Of a stretch of DNA of 24,000 bases, positions 8,475-15,498 are shown one piece after another. The position numbers were made by a program, and so were the translations under genes. Source of the stretch: Candidatus Bathyarchaeota archaeon ex4484_135 (GTDB lineage Archaea > Thermoproteota > Bathyarchaeia > EX4484-135); NCBI GenBank assembly GCA_002255025.1, contig NJEJ01000003.1, positions 3,132 to 27,131 of the forward strand. The letters run 5' to 3'. The notes beneath the pieces were generated by a model. That model searched no databases. It had not been told where the DNA came from and saw only the letters and a list, made by a program, of their open reading frames with translations. Positions within the stretch are counted from its first letter, which is position 1; every line of letters starts with the position of its first letter.

Positions 8475-9755
8475 ATGTCGGTTAGGCCTTCCGTGTTGTT
8501 CGCATCGGTTGCCTCAAGGCTCCATTTAGACCGTGCGAGGGAGACATCCTTCAGGGCCTTCACGACCATGGAAGGCCTCGGCGTGAAGGTCATCGGTTCT
8601 CCCGGGCCCATCTTGACGGTAGAAGAACTATCTAAGGCTCTGTCGGAAGAAGCAGATCTTAAAATCGTGTTCGTGGCGAGCGGAGGGACATCAAGGATAC
8701 TCAGGGAAGCACTAAAAGGCCATGAGGCATGGCTTTGGGCCCATCCTCATGATAATAGCCTGCCCTCAGCCCTAAGTGCCAGGGAAAAACTACGTTCTTC
8801 TGGCTCCTGGAAATGCGAGCTTGTCTTCTCAAGCCCGGACGAGGTTCCACGTAAGATAATGGCAGAGGTAAGGGTCCTTAATGCCTTGTGCAAGCTTAAG
8901 GAAGCTGAGGTAGTAGCCTTCTGCTCGGAGAAAAAAGCAGGAAAAATAGATACCGTCCTGTCGAGCTTGCTAGGCCCGTGGAAGCCTGAGATCAGGAGGT
9001 TTGACGTGGCCGATCTGCTAAAGGCCCTCGAGAAGGCCAGGCCTCTCTCCGTGAGCGAGGCCATCTCCATACTTAAGGGCCTTGACTCCGAGAGTCCTAC
9101 GCCCGAGCTATCCCTGGGCTTCGCGAGAGGAGTCCAGATGGCCTTACTGATAGAAGAGCAATTCCTCAGCGGCCGTGAGAAGAGCATAGTGACCTTTGAC
9201 TGTTTTGATGTCATAGAAGACCTCGGCATAACGCCCTGCGTGGCCATAAGCCTACTGCTTGAACATGGCATAACGGCTGTCTGTGAGGCAGACCCGGCCT
9301 CCATGGTCCTGATGGCCTTGTGCCATTATCTCTCAGGCGAGCCCCCCTGGATGGCCAATTTAGCGAGCTACGACCCGGCCTCTAACACGCTCACGCTGGC
9401 CCACTGCACGGCCTGCCCGTCCCTTTCCTCGGCCTGGCCCTACAGGGGCCACTTCATGGAGCATTTTGAGTCGGGAAAGCCTGCTGCCTTAGACATATGG
9501 TTGAGGAGGGGGCCCGTCGTCCTAGCCAGCCTCCAGCCCGGCAGGAAGAAGCTCGTCTTGGCCAGGGGCAAGGTCCTCGACTCGGGCATGGGGGAGGAAG
9601 GCATGTGCAGGACGCAGGCCCTGGTGGAACTCAAGGGCAATATAAGGGCCTTCATAGAGGAAACAGGCAATCACCACGTCCTGACTTACTCAGACATCTA
9701 CGAGGAGCTGGCCAGGGCAGGCCGCAGGCTCGGCCTTGAAGTAGTGGCTTATTGA
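8475..9755 (+). CDS. L-fucose/L-arabinose isomerase-family-like protein (COG2407-like), function unknown
   Basis: 426 aa. Recognised from memory only. The middle block ITAVCEADPASMVLMAL and the C-terminal ...GNHHVLTYSDIYEELARAGRRLGLEVV resemble the sugar-isomerase-like family. An alternative ATG lies at 8568. GC is lower than in neighbouring genes (about 48% in one hand-counted line). Confidence 0.4.
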   Translation: MSVRPSVLFASVASRLHLDRARETSFRAFTTMEGLGVKVIGSPGPILTVEELSKALSEEADLKIVFVASGGTSRILREALKGHEAWLWAHPHDNSLPSALSAREKLRSSGSWKCELVFSSPDEVPRKIMAEVRVLNALCKLKEAEVVAFCSEKKAGKIDTVLSSLLGPWKPEIRRFDVADLLKALEKARPLSVSEAISILKGLDSESPTPELSLGFARGVQMALLIEEQFLSGREKSIVTFDCFDVIEDLGITPCVAISLLLEHGITAVCEADPASMVLMALCHYLSGEPPWMANLASYDPASNTLTLAHCTACPSLSSAWPYRGHFMEHFESGKPAALDIWLRRGPVVLASLQPGRKKLVLARGKVLDSGMGEEGMCRTQALVELKGNIRAFIEETGNHHVLTYSDIYEELARAGRRLGLEVVAY

Positions 9756-9788
9756 GGGCAAGCGACCCCTCAACACGCATGGTAAAAG

Positions 9789-9796
9789 TTTATTAT
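9789..9796 (+). promoter_or_regulatory. TATA box (TTTATTAT) of the thermosome gene
   Basis: The A/T box is 40-47 nt upstream of ATG 9836. The purine-rich GGAGGG/GAGGGG sequence between them could act as a Shine-Dalgarno element. Confidence 0.45.
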
Positions 9797-9835
9797 CAAG
9801 GAGGCCCAGGGCCATGAGGCCGGAGGGATGAGGGG

Positions 9836-11491
9836 ATGGCATATCTGGCAGGCACCCCGGTCTTGATACTCAAGGAGGGCTCGACGAGACGTAGGGGACG
9901 TGAGGCCCAGAGGAACAACATAATGGCTGCCCGCATAATAGCCGAGGTACTGAGGTCAACGCTTGGCCCCAGGGGCATGGACAAGATGCTCATAGACAGC
10001 TTAGGCGACATAACCATAACGAACGATGGTGCTACCATACTGGATGAGGTAGAGGTCGAGCACCCGGCCGCCAAGATGATGGTCGAGGTAGCCAAGGCAC
10101 AGGACGACGAGGTCGGAGACGGCACTACCACAGCCGTTGTCCTGGCCGGCGAGCTCTTGAAGGAGGCCGAGGAACTCCTGCTCCAGAACATCCATCCGAC
10201 CATAATAGTAAGCGGCTTCAGGAAGGCTGCCCAGAAGGCCCGTGAGATACTGCACGAGATAGGCAAGGACGTGGACTTGGATGACCGCGAGACCCTGAAG
10301 AAGATAGTCATGACCAGCATGGCCAGCAAGGCCGTTGGAGGTGCCAAGGAGCACCTGGCCGAGATAGCCATAGATGCCATAAAGCAGATAATCGAGAAGA
10401 GGGGCGATAAGCTGGTCGCGGACGTAGATCAAATACAGGTCGTGAAGAAGGAGGGCAAGAGCCTCCTCGACAGCCAGCTCGTGAAGGGCGTCATAATAGA
10501 CAAAGAGGTCGTCCACCCAGGCATGCCCAAGCGTGTTGAGAACGCTAAGATAGCCCTCCTGAACTGCCCGCTCGAGATAGAGAAGACGGAGTTCGATGCC
10601 GAGATACGCATAAGGGCCCCCGAGCAGATGAAGGCCTTCCTCGACCAGGAGATGAAGATACTGAAGAGCATGGTGGAGAAGATAAAGAAGGCCGGTGCCA
10701 ACGTGGTGTTCTGCCAGAAGGGCATAGATGACGTAGCCCAGCACTTCTTGGCCAAGGAAGGCATCTTGGCCGTGAGGCGTGTGAAGAAGTCCGATATGGA
10801 GAAGCTGGCCAGAGCCACGGGTGCTAGGATCGTGACGAACTTGGACGACCTTAAGCCTGAAGACCTTGGCGAGGCCGAGCTCGTTGAAGAACGCAAGATA
10901 GGCGAGGACAAGATGGTCTTCGTGGAAGGCTGCAAGGACCCGAAGAGCGTGGCCATACTCATAAGGGGCGGTCTCGAACGCATGGTCGACGAGGCCGAGA
11001 GAGCCATCCACGATGCCCTTTGTGTCCTGTCCGATATAGTGGAGTGCCCGAAGGTAGTTGGGGGCGGTGGTGCTGCTGAGGCTGAGCTGGCCAAGAGGCT
11101 GAGGCAGTATGCCACCGAGCTCGGCGGCCGTGCCCAGATGGCTGTTGAGGCCTTCGCTAACGCCCTGGAGATAATACCGAAGACCCTGGCCGAGAACGCT
11201 GGCCTCGACCCGGTGGACGTTATGGTAGCCCTCAGGCACGCACACGCCGAGCCCGGCAAGGAGGGCTGGGGCGTGGATGTGTTCGAGACGGACTCGAAGA
11301 AGGCCGTTAAGGACATGTTCGAACTCGGCGTGCTGGACCCGGTCAGGGTGAAGGAGCAGGCCATAAAGGCCGCGACCGAAGTAGCCTGTATGATACTGCG
11401 TATAGACGACGTCATAGCGGCCGGCAAGATGAAGGAGGAAGAGGAGAAGGAAGGCGGCGGAGAGGAGACAGAAGGGATCTCCGAGTTCTGA
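9836..11491 (+). CDS. ths: Thermosome subunit (group II chaperonin)
   Basis: 551 aa. Canonical blocks [35 protein letters not shown] and VVGGGGAAE, plus a Glu/Gly-rich C-terminal tail. Confidence 0.95.
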   Translation: MAYLAGTPVLILKEGSTRRRGREAQRNNIMAARIIAEVLRSTLGPRGMDKMLIDSLGDITITNDGATILDEVEVEHPAAKMMVEVAKAQDDEVGDGTTTAVVLAGELLKEAEELLLQNIHPTIIVSGFRKAAQKAREILHEIGKDVDLDDRETLKKIVMTSMASKAVGGAKEHLAEIAIDAIKQIIEKRGDKLVADVDQIQVVKKEGKSLLDSQLVKGVIIDKEVVHPGMPKRVENAKIALLNCPLEIEKTEFDAEIRIRAPEQMKAFLDQEMKILKSMVEKIKKAGANVVFCQKGIDDVAQHFLAKEGILAVRRVKKSDMEKLARATGARIVTNLDDLKPEDLGEAELVEERKIGEDKMVFVEGCKDPKSVAILIRGGLERMVDEAERAIHDALCVLSDIVECPKVVGGGGAAEAELAKRLRQYATELGGRAQMAVEAFANALEIIPKTLAENAGLDPVDVMVALRHAHAEPGKEGWGVDVFETDSKKAVKDMFELGVLDPVRVKEQAIKAATEVACMILRIDDVIAAGKMKEEEEKEGGGEETEGISEF

Positions 11492-11572
11492 ACGCCCAAG
11501 CACCCTCGAATACCTTTTATCTTGCTAACTGAGGCCAGGCCCATTTATGTACGTGTCGAACAAAACGCAAGA

Positions 11573-11580
11573 GTTATATG
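11573..11580 (+). promoter_or_regulatory. TATA box (GTTATATG) of tRNA-Glu
   Basis: Lies 33-40 nt upstream of tRNA position 1 (11613). Confidence 0.4.
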
Positions 11581-11612
11581 CCCCCTTCCCAGGCCCTACC
11601 CATGGGACCAGA

Positions 11613-11689
11613 GCTCCGGTGGTGTAGCCCGGAAGCATGGCGGCCTCTCGAGCCGCAGGTCCCGGGTTCAAATCCCGGCCGGAGCACCA
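11613..11689 (+). tRNA. tRNA-Glu (anticodon CUC), genomically encoded CCA
   Basis: Cloverleaf folded by hand. Acceptor GCTCCGG/CCGGAGC, D-arm GTGT/GCAT, anticodon stem GCGGC/GCCGC with loop CT-CTC-GA, and T-arm CCGGG-TTCAAAT-CCCGG. Discriminator A is at 11686 and CCA at 11687-11689. Confidence 0.9.
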
Positions 11690-11795
11690 ATCTCCCATCT
11701 GCCCCCACACGACCTCTCCCAATATCCTTAGTTTAAAAATGACTTTGTGACTCTCAAAAACCGGCAAAGGGCATGTGTAGCTAAAAATCGCCTCT

Positions 11796-12413
11796 TCACC
11801 TAAGCAAATGCCAGAGAGCTAAGTCCGCATAAGGCCACTCCTCAGGGGTAAACATCTGCGGTGTTAAGTTAAATTGTCGTAACCGATCCACAAATGTTTG
11901 AGGTATGCTTATTATGCTAGCTGGAGGCATAGGATAACACCAGACCCGGTGAAGTTCGCAAATGAACCAAAAGGCAGTCTGTGGCCCAAAGCCAGGGCTT
12001 CCTAGTAATTGATTATAGAAATGCGCAATGTTACTGCTTAGATTTGGATCGGGGTGCCCCCGTCTTTTAGTTAGAACCTGGTAGTTAGTTGCAATTCTAA
12101 TAGCTGATTCTAGCGCCAATCTTTCGTTACGGCCTAATGCCAGGTTCCTTATAAGGGTATTAAACGCACCTTGTTGGAGTTTCTGCTTAAGAAAGGCAAA
12201 TAATGATTGTTTTGCCTTAGCGGCTCTGAATCGTAATTCATATAGTTTCCAGTTCGCGTAATCATCTCCAAGGTTTCCCGTAGTCAGAGAAACGAATACA
12301 AGGCATTCAAATGGGGACTCCCAGGTTATTTGTTTTGCCAACACTTCACCTAAAGTTACTAGAAGCTTCTTTAACAGAGACACGGGTACGTTCACTCTAG
12401 GGACCTGCGACAT
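11796..12413 (-). CDS. Hypothetical protein in a low-GC pocket; possible degenerate helix-hairpin-helix (DNA-glycosylase-like) fold
   Basis: 205-aa ORF with no overlapping competitor. A TTTAAT box at 12440-12445 (minus strand) lies ~27-32 nt upstream of ATG 12413. GC is about 43% in a hand-counted line, against ~58-65% in flanking genes. The segment LLGSPGFGPQTAFWFICEL looks like an HhH hairpin. Family assignment is very tentative. Confidence 0.45.
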   Translation of the reverse strand: MSQVPRVNVPVSLLKKLLVTLGEVLAKQITWESPFECLVFVSLTTGNLGDDYANWKLYELRFRAAKAKQSLFAFLKQKLQQGAFNTLIRNLALGRNERLALESAIRIATNYQVLTKRRGHPDPNLSSNIAHFYNQLLGSPGFGPQTAFWFICELHRVWCYPMPPASIISIPQTFVDRLRQFNLTPQMFTPEEWPYADLALWHLLR

Positions 12414-12504
12414 TATGCATCCCTCTGAAGATTCTCCTCATTAAACGATTTTAAGCCCCATCCGCTCACAGATGGTCCCCCAGAAGATGGTTTAGCAGCC
12501 GTTT

Positions 12505-13134
12505 ATGAGCCCTGCGGCCTTAAGGCCTTCGATGAAGGAGGAGCTGGACGAGAAGGAATCGGAAATCCTAGGTATAATGTTCGGCGATGGCTCGGTCCGC
12601 CCGACCTTGAGGTCCCTCAAGATAGAGGTGTCAGGGCACAAGGTGGATGACAGAGATTACCTGCTGGGCCATGTAAGCGGCCTTTTCAGGGAGGTCTTCG
12701 GCCTCAAGATGCGGCCTTACTACAGGAGGAAGGAGAACTCCATGGTCATATATGCTTATTCTCAGCAGGTCGGGCTAGAACTTCACGAGTGGGGAATGCC
12801 CATAGGCTCTAAGGTGCGGGCCATCTTAGTCCCGAGGGTTTCCGTCAAGACCGTGCCGTTCATCAGAGGCCTCTTCGACACGGATGGCTGCATCTACAGG
12901 AAGTATGGCCCCTACGCACAGGTCCAGTTCAAGAGTGCCTCCAGGGATCTCATGAATTACGCCAGGGGGTTGTTAGTATCCTTGGGCTTCAGGCCGACTG
13001 CCGTAATCAAGGACGAGAGCCGCTTTAAGTTCTACATATGTCGTCAGGTGGAGGTCGTGAGGTTCATTAGGGTCATCAGGCCAGCTAACAAGAAGCACAT
13101 GGAGCGTTTTAAGGCCGTACTAAAGGGCTTCTGA
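12505..13134 (+). CDS. Free-standing double-motif LAGLIDADG (DOD) homing-endonuclease-family protein
   Basis: 209 aa with two LAGLIDADG-type motifs about 90 aa apart (ILGIMFGDGSV and FIRGLFDTDGCIY). It is not embedded in an intron or host protein reading frame. An alternative ATG lies at 12532. Confidence 0.75.
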   Translation: MSPAALRPSMKEELDEKESEILGIMFGDGSVRPTLRSLKIEVSGHKVDDRDYLLGHVSGLFREVFGLKMRPYYRRKENSMVIYAYSQQVGLELHEWGMPIGSKVRAILVPRVSVKTVPFIRGLFDTDGCIYRKYGPYAQVQFKSASRDLMNYARGLLVSLGFRPTAVIKDESRFKFYICRQVEVVRFIRVIRPANKKHMERFKAVLKGF

Positions 13135-13197
13135 GGAAGCCGAAATCTTAAAATACCCTCCTTTAGCTCTCAAGCCCGCAGGAGACAGTTGGGAAAG

Positions 13198-13333
13198 GGG
13201 GCCGTGGCCCAGCCAGGAAGGGCGGCGGGCTCCAGAGCACTACGGGTTCGCTCGACCCGCTCGTGCGGGGATGAAGAAGCTCTGGAGCGGAGGAACCCGT
13301 AGGTCCGGGGTTCAAATCCCCGCGGCCCCACCA
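13198..13333 (+). tRNA. tRNA-Trp (anticodon CCA) with a ~59-nt intron at the canonical 37/38 position and encoded CCA
   Basis: Folded by hand. Acceptor GGGGCCG (13198-13204) pairs with CGGCCCC (13323-13329). D-arm is GCCC/GGGC. The anticodon stem GCGGG (13225-13229) is completed only by CCCGT at 13296-13300. The loop reads CT-CCA-G then intron then A. T-arm is CGGGG-TTCAAAT-CCCCG. Discriminator A is at 13330 and CCA at 13331-13333. Confidence 0.85.
13236..13294 (+). other. tRNA-Trp intron (boundaries +/- 2 nt)
   Basis: These 59 nt must be removed to join the anticodon loop to the 3' anticodon stem strand. The intron contains GCTCTGGAGC (13279-13288), perfectly complementary to GCTCCAGAGC (13229-13238), which spans the anticodon. 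It also has an internal hairpin at 13237-13266. Confidence 0.7.
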
Positions 13334-13365
13334 GGTCCGGGGTTCAAATCCCCGCGGCCCCACCA
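13302..13365 (+). repeat. Perfect tandem duplication (2 x 32 nt) of the tRNA-Trp 3' end (part of the variable loop, T-arm, 3' acceptor strand, discriminator, CCA)
   Basis: GGTCCGGGGTTCAAATCCCCGCGGCCCCACCA occurs at 13302-13333 and again, identical and directly abutting, at 13334-13365. Confidence 0.95.
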
Positions 13366-13369
13366 CAGG

Positions 13370-13374
13370 TTTTT
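13370..13374 (+). terminator. Oligo-T termination signal after the duplicated tRNA-Trp 3' end
   Basis: A TTTTT run lies 4 nt after the second repeat copy. Archaeal RNA polymerase terminates at T tracts. Its position implies both repeat copies are transcribed. Confidence 0.4.
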
Positions 13375-13408
13375 AATTCGGCCAGCCCATTTAGCTCGGG
13401 CCGCCGAG

Positions 13409-14269
13409 ATGGCATGGATCAGCCTTATCCTGCTGTTCCTGCTGGGCCTCTCGGTCACTACGCTGGCCTCTATGGTGGGCCTGGCCGGCGGGACGGTGAT
13501 CTCGCCCGTGCTTATAATGGGCTTTGGCCTCGAGCCGAGGTTCGCCATAGGGGCCACGGTGCTGTCCGTTTTCCTAGCCATTATATCGGCTTCTCTGGCC
13601 TACATGAGGGAGGGCAGGGTTGATTACAAGCTGGCTTTGCTCTTCGATGCCTTGGATGTGGCCGGCGTGGCTGTAGGTGCTTACGCCACGGTGGTCCTTA
13701 GGCCCGAGTTGTTGGCCCTGGCCCTTGGGGTCTTCTTGCTCTACTCGGGCCTCAGGAACATTAGGAGGGCCATCTGGGGTACCGGCTGGGATGGGCCTGT
13801 TACTGGAGTAGAGCGGGGGAGAACTCTCTGGACTGGACACATCATTGATAGGGAAGGCCGTTGCTTTACTTATGCCCTGGGGCCGAGGGAAGTAGTCTTG
13901 GCTGTCGTGGGGAGTTTCTTCAGCGGCCTTGTCTCGGGCATGTTGGGCCTCGGTGGCGGGCTGGTTGACCTGTCCCTGATGTTGATGGTAGGCATACCCT
14001 TTGAGGTCGCCGTTGCAACGGCCACGTTCGGCATGCTGCTCACTAGGGCGAGCTCCATAGCGGCCCACGCCATCTTGGGCAACATAAGGCCGGACGTGGC
14101 CATCCCCTTAGGCGTGGGGGCTTTCCTCGGGGGCCAGATAGGGCCGAGGTTATCGGGGCGTGTGAGCCCTAGGCTGTTAAAGGCCTGTCTCTCGTTCTTG
14201 GCCTTCTTCTTAGGCCTGGCCCTCCTCCTGCAGGCCCTTAGGGCCCTGTTCATCGTTAGGCCCTGGTGA
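13409..14269 (+). CDS. TauE/SafE (DUF81) family membrane permease (sulfite/organosulfonate exporter-like)
   Basis: Highly hydrophobic with multiple predicted TM helices and two Gly-rich halves (MVGLAGGTVISP; MLGLGGGLV), typical of TauE/SafE. The longest ORF (13271) runs through the tRNA-Trp gene, so ATG 13409 (MAWISLILLF...) is taken as the start. Confidence 0.7.
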   Translation: MAWISLILLFLLGLSVTTLASMVGLAGGTVISPVLIMGFGLEPRFAIGATVLSVFLAIISASLAYMREGRVDYKLALLFDALDVAGVAVGAYATVVLRPELLALALGVFLLYSGLRNIRRAIWGTGWDGPVTGVERGRTLWTGHIIDREGRCFTYALGPREVVLAVVGSFFSGLVSGMLGLGGGLVDLSLMLMVGIPFEVAVATATFGMLLTRASSIAAHAILGNIRPDVAIPLGVGAFLGGQIGPRLSGRVSPRLLKACLSFLAFFLGLALLLQALRALFIVRPW

Positions 14270-14319
14270 GGGTGGCCTTCTTATCCTGGCCCTGGCCAGG
14301 GATCTCGGAGGCCCCTGGG

Positions 14320-15498
14320 ATGGGAGAACTCCTCATGACGCCTGGGCCAGTCATGCTCTCCTCAAGGGTCATAAGGGCCCTCTCTAGGCAGGCCTGTAGC
14401 CACGTGAGCCAGGAGTTCGCGGAGGCTCTGTCCGAGACGAGAGATATGCTGAAGGAGGTCTTCAGGACGTCTCATGACGTCGTCATAGCCCCTGGCTCGA
14501 GCTCGCTGGGCCTCGAAATGGCCATAGCGAACTCCGTGAGGCCCGGTGATAAAGTCATAGTGGTCTCCTCGGGCTACTTCTCGGACAGGATCGCCGAGGT
14601 AGTCAGGCGGCACAGGGGCATCCCGGTCTTAGTGGGCGGGGACCCGAGGAAGGGCGTAAGCGTCGAGGCCGTTGAAGAGGTCCGCGACAAGCACCCGGAT
14701 GCCGTGGCCCTGTGCGTCGTGCACGTGGAGACCTCGACGGGCGTGGTCAACTCGGTCGAGCGTATAGGCCGCCTGGCCCGGGAGGAAGGCCTGTTGCACA
14801 TAGTAGATGCGGTCTCATCCGTGGGAGGCATGGATGTCAGGACGGACGAATGGGGCATAGATTACTGCGTGGCCGGTCCTCAAAAGGCCCTCGCGGCCCC
14901 ACCTGGCCTGGCCCTCTTATCCGTGAGCCAGGAGGCACTTGATATGGCCAACTCCAGGCCTGAGGACCCGTTCACCTTCTACATGGACGTCAGGGGGTGG
15001 GTCAGGGCCATGAGGGACCCGTTCAAGCGTTACGTGACGCACGCGGTCCACCTGGTGTTCGCCCTGAAGGAGGCCTTGAGTGTAGTCCTTGAGGAGGGGC
15101 TGGAGAGGCGTTTCGAGAGGCATCGCCTCTTAGCTGAGGCCGTGCGGAGGGGCGTCAGGGCCTTAGGGCTCAAGCTGTTCCCTGAAGAAGGCCACGAAGC
15201 TGATACGCTCACGGCCATAGAAATGCCGGAGGGCATATCGAGCAGGGTGGTGGCCGAGCTGATGCTAGAGCGTGGCGTCAGGGTGGCACCTGGCTGGGGC
15301 GAATACGCTGAGCGTGTGTTGAGGATAGGGCACATGGGCAACATAGGAGCCGAGCACGTCCTAAGGACTCTCTCCTGCCTCGAGTCAGCCCTATCTGAGC
15401 TAGGCTTTGAGGCTGAGGGAGCCGTAAAGGAAGCTTCATCTTACCTCTCGGGATTCGACCAAGAGATATTGAAGCCGCCGGATGAGATACCGTGCTGA
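14320..15498 (+). CDS. Class V pyridoxal-phosphate aminotransferase (serine-pyruvate/alanine-glyoxylate aminotransferase-like)
   Basis: N-terminus LLMTPGPV, the HVETSTGV block and the PLP-lysine context GPQKAL are typical of AGXT/SGAT-type enzymes. The ORF opens at 14266 (alternative start overlapping the TauE stop). ATG 14320 is preferred. Confidence 0.85.
   Translation: MGELLMTPGPVMLSSRVIRALSRQACSHVSQEFAEALSETRDMLKEVFRTSHDVVIAPGSSSLGLEMAIANSVRPGDKVIVVSSGYFSDRIAEVVRRHRGIPVLVGGDPRKGVSVEAVEEVRDKHPDAVALCVVHVETSTGVVNSVERIGRLAREEGLLHIVDAVSSVGGMDVRTDEWGIDYCVAGPQKALAAPPGLALLSVSQEALDMANSRPEDPFTFYMDVRGWVRAMRDPFKRYVTHAVHLVFALKEALSVVLEEGLERRFERHRLLAEAVRRGVRALGLKLFPEEGHEADTLTAIEMPEGISSRVVAELMLERGVRVAPGWGEYAERVLRIGHMGNIGAEHVLRTLSCLESALSELGFEAEGAVKEASSYLSGFDQEILKPPDEIPC

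Noticed and set aside
10001-11544. Long antisense ORFs (500 aa and 371 aa) opposite the thermosome gene
   Set aside because: They lie opposite an unmistakable, highly conserved chaperonin gene. Their translations are low-complexity (Leu/Gly/His-rich or Ser/Ala-rich), with no recognisable motifs. This is typical of shadow ORFs in GC-rich DNA. The same reasoning applies to the other antisense or alternate-frame ORFs in the track, for example 260-562, 728-1090, 2870-3526, 4341-4808, 4536-4943, 8747-9304, 13574-14068, 15598-15945 and 20147-20554.
11613-11795. tRNA-Glu as an integration att site for the downstream low-GC islet
   Set aside because: I found no second copy of the tRNA-Glu 3' segment anywhere in the window. 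The only duplicated tRNA end is that of tRNA-Trp.
13054-13063. GGTCGTGAGG and similar GGTCGTGA(A/G) words (also 10438, 18846, 20329) as extra copies of the origin-associated motif
   Set aside because: They lack the TTGGTCG/ACCAAT part. They are explained by common codon strings (E-V-V-R/K: GAG GTC GTG AGG/AAG), so they were not counted as motif copies.
13267-13294. Possible C/D-box guide RNA inside the tRNA-Trp intron (as known in some euryarchaeal tRNA-Trp introns)
   Set aside because: Only a degenerate box (GAUGAAGA rather than RUGAUGA) is present, and no CUGA D or D' box follows the anticodon-complementary segment. The intron is also short (~59 nt). The complementarity is better explained as the exon-intron helix needed for splicing.
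13271-13408. N-terminal extension of the TauE ORF (MKKLWSGGTRRSGVQIPAAPPGPGFKSPRPHH...)
   Set aside because: This stretch is the tRNA-Trp intron, 3' exon and its tandem duplicate read as protein. The hydrophobic permease sequence begins at ATG 13409.
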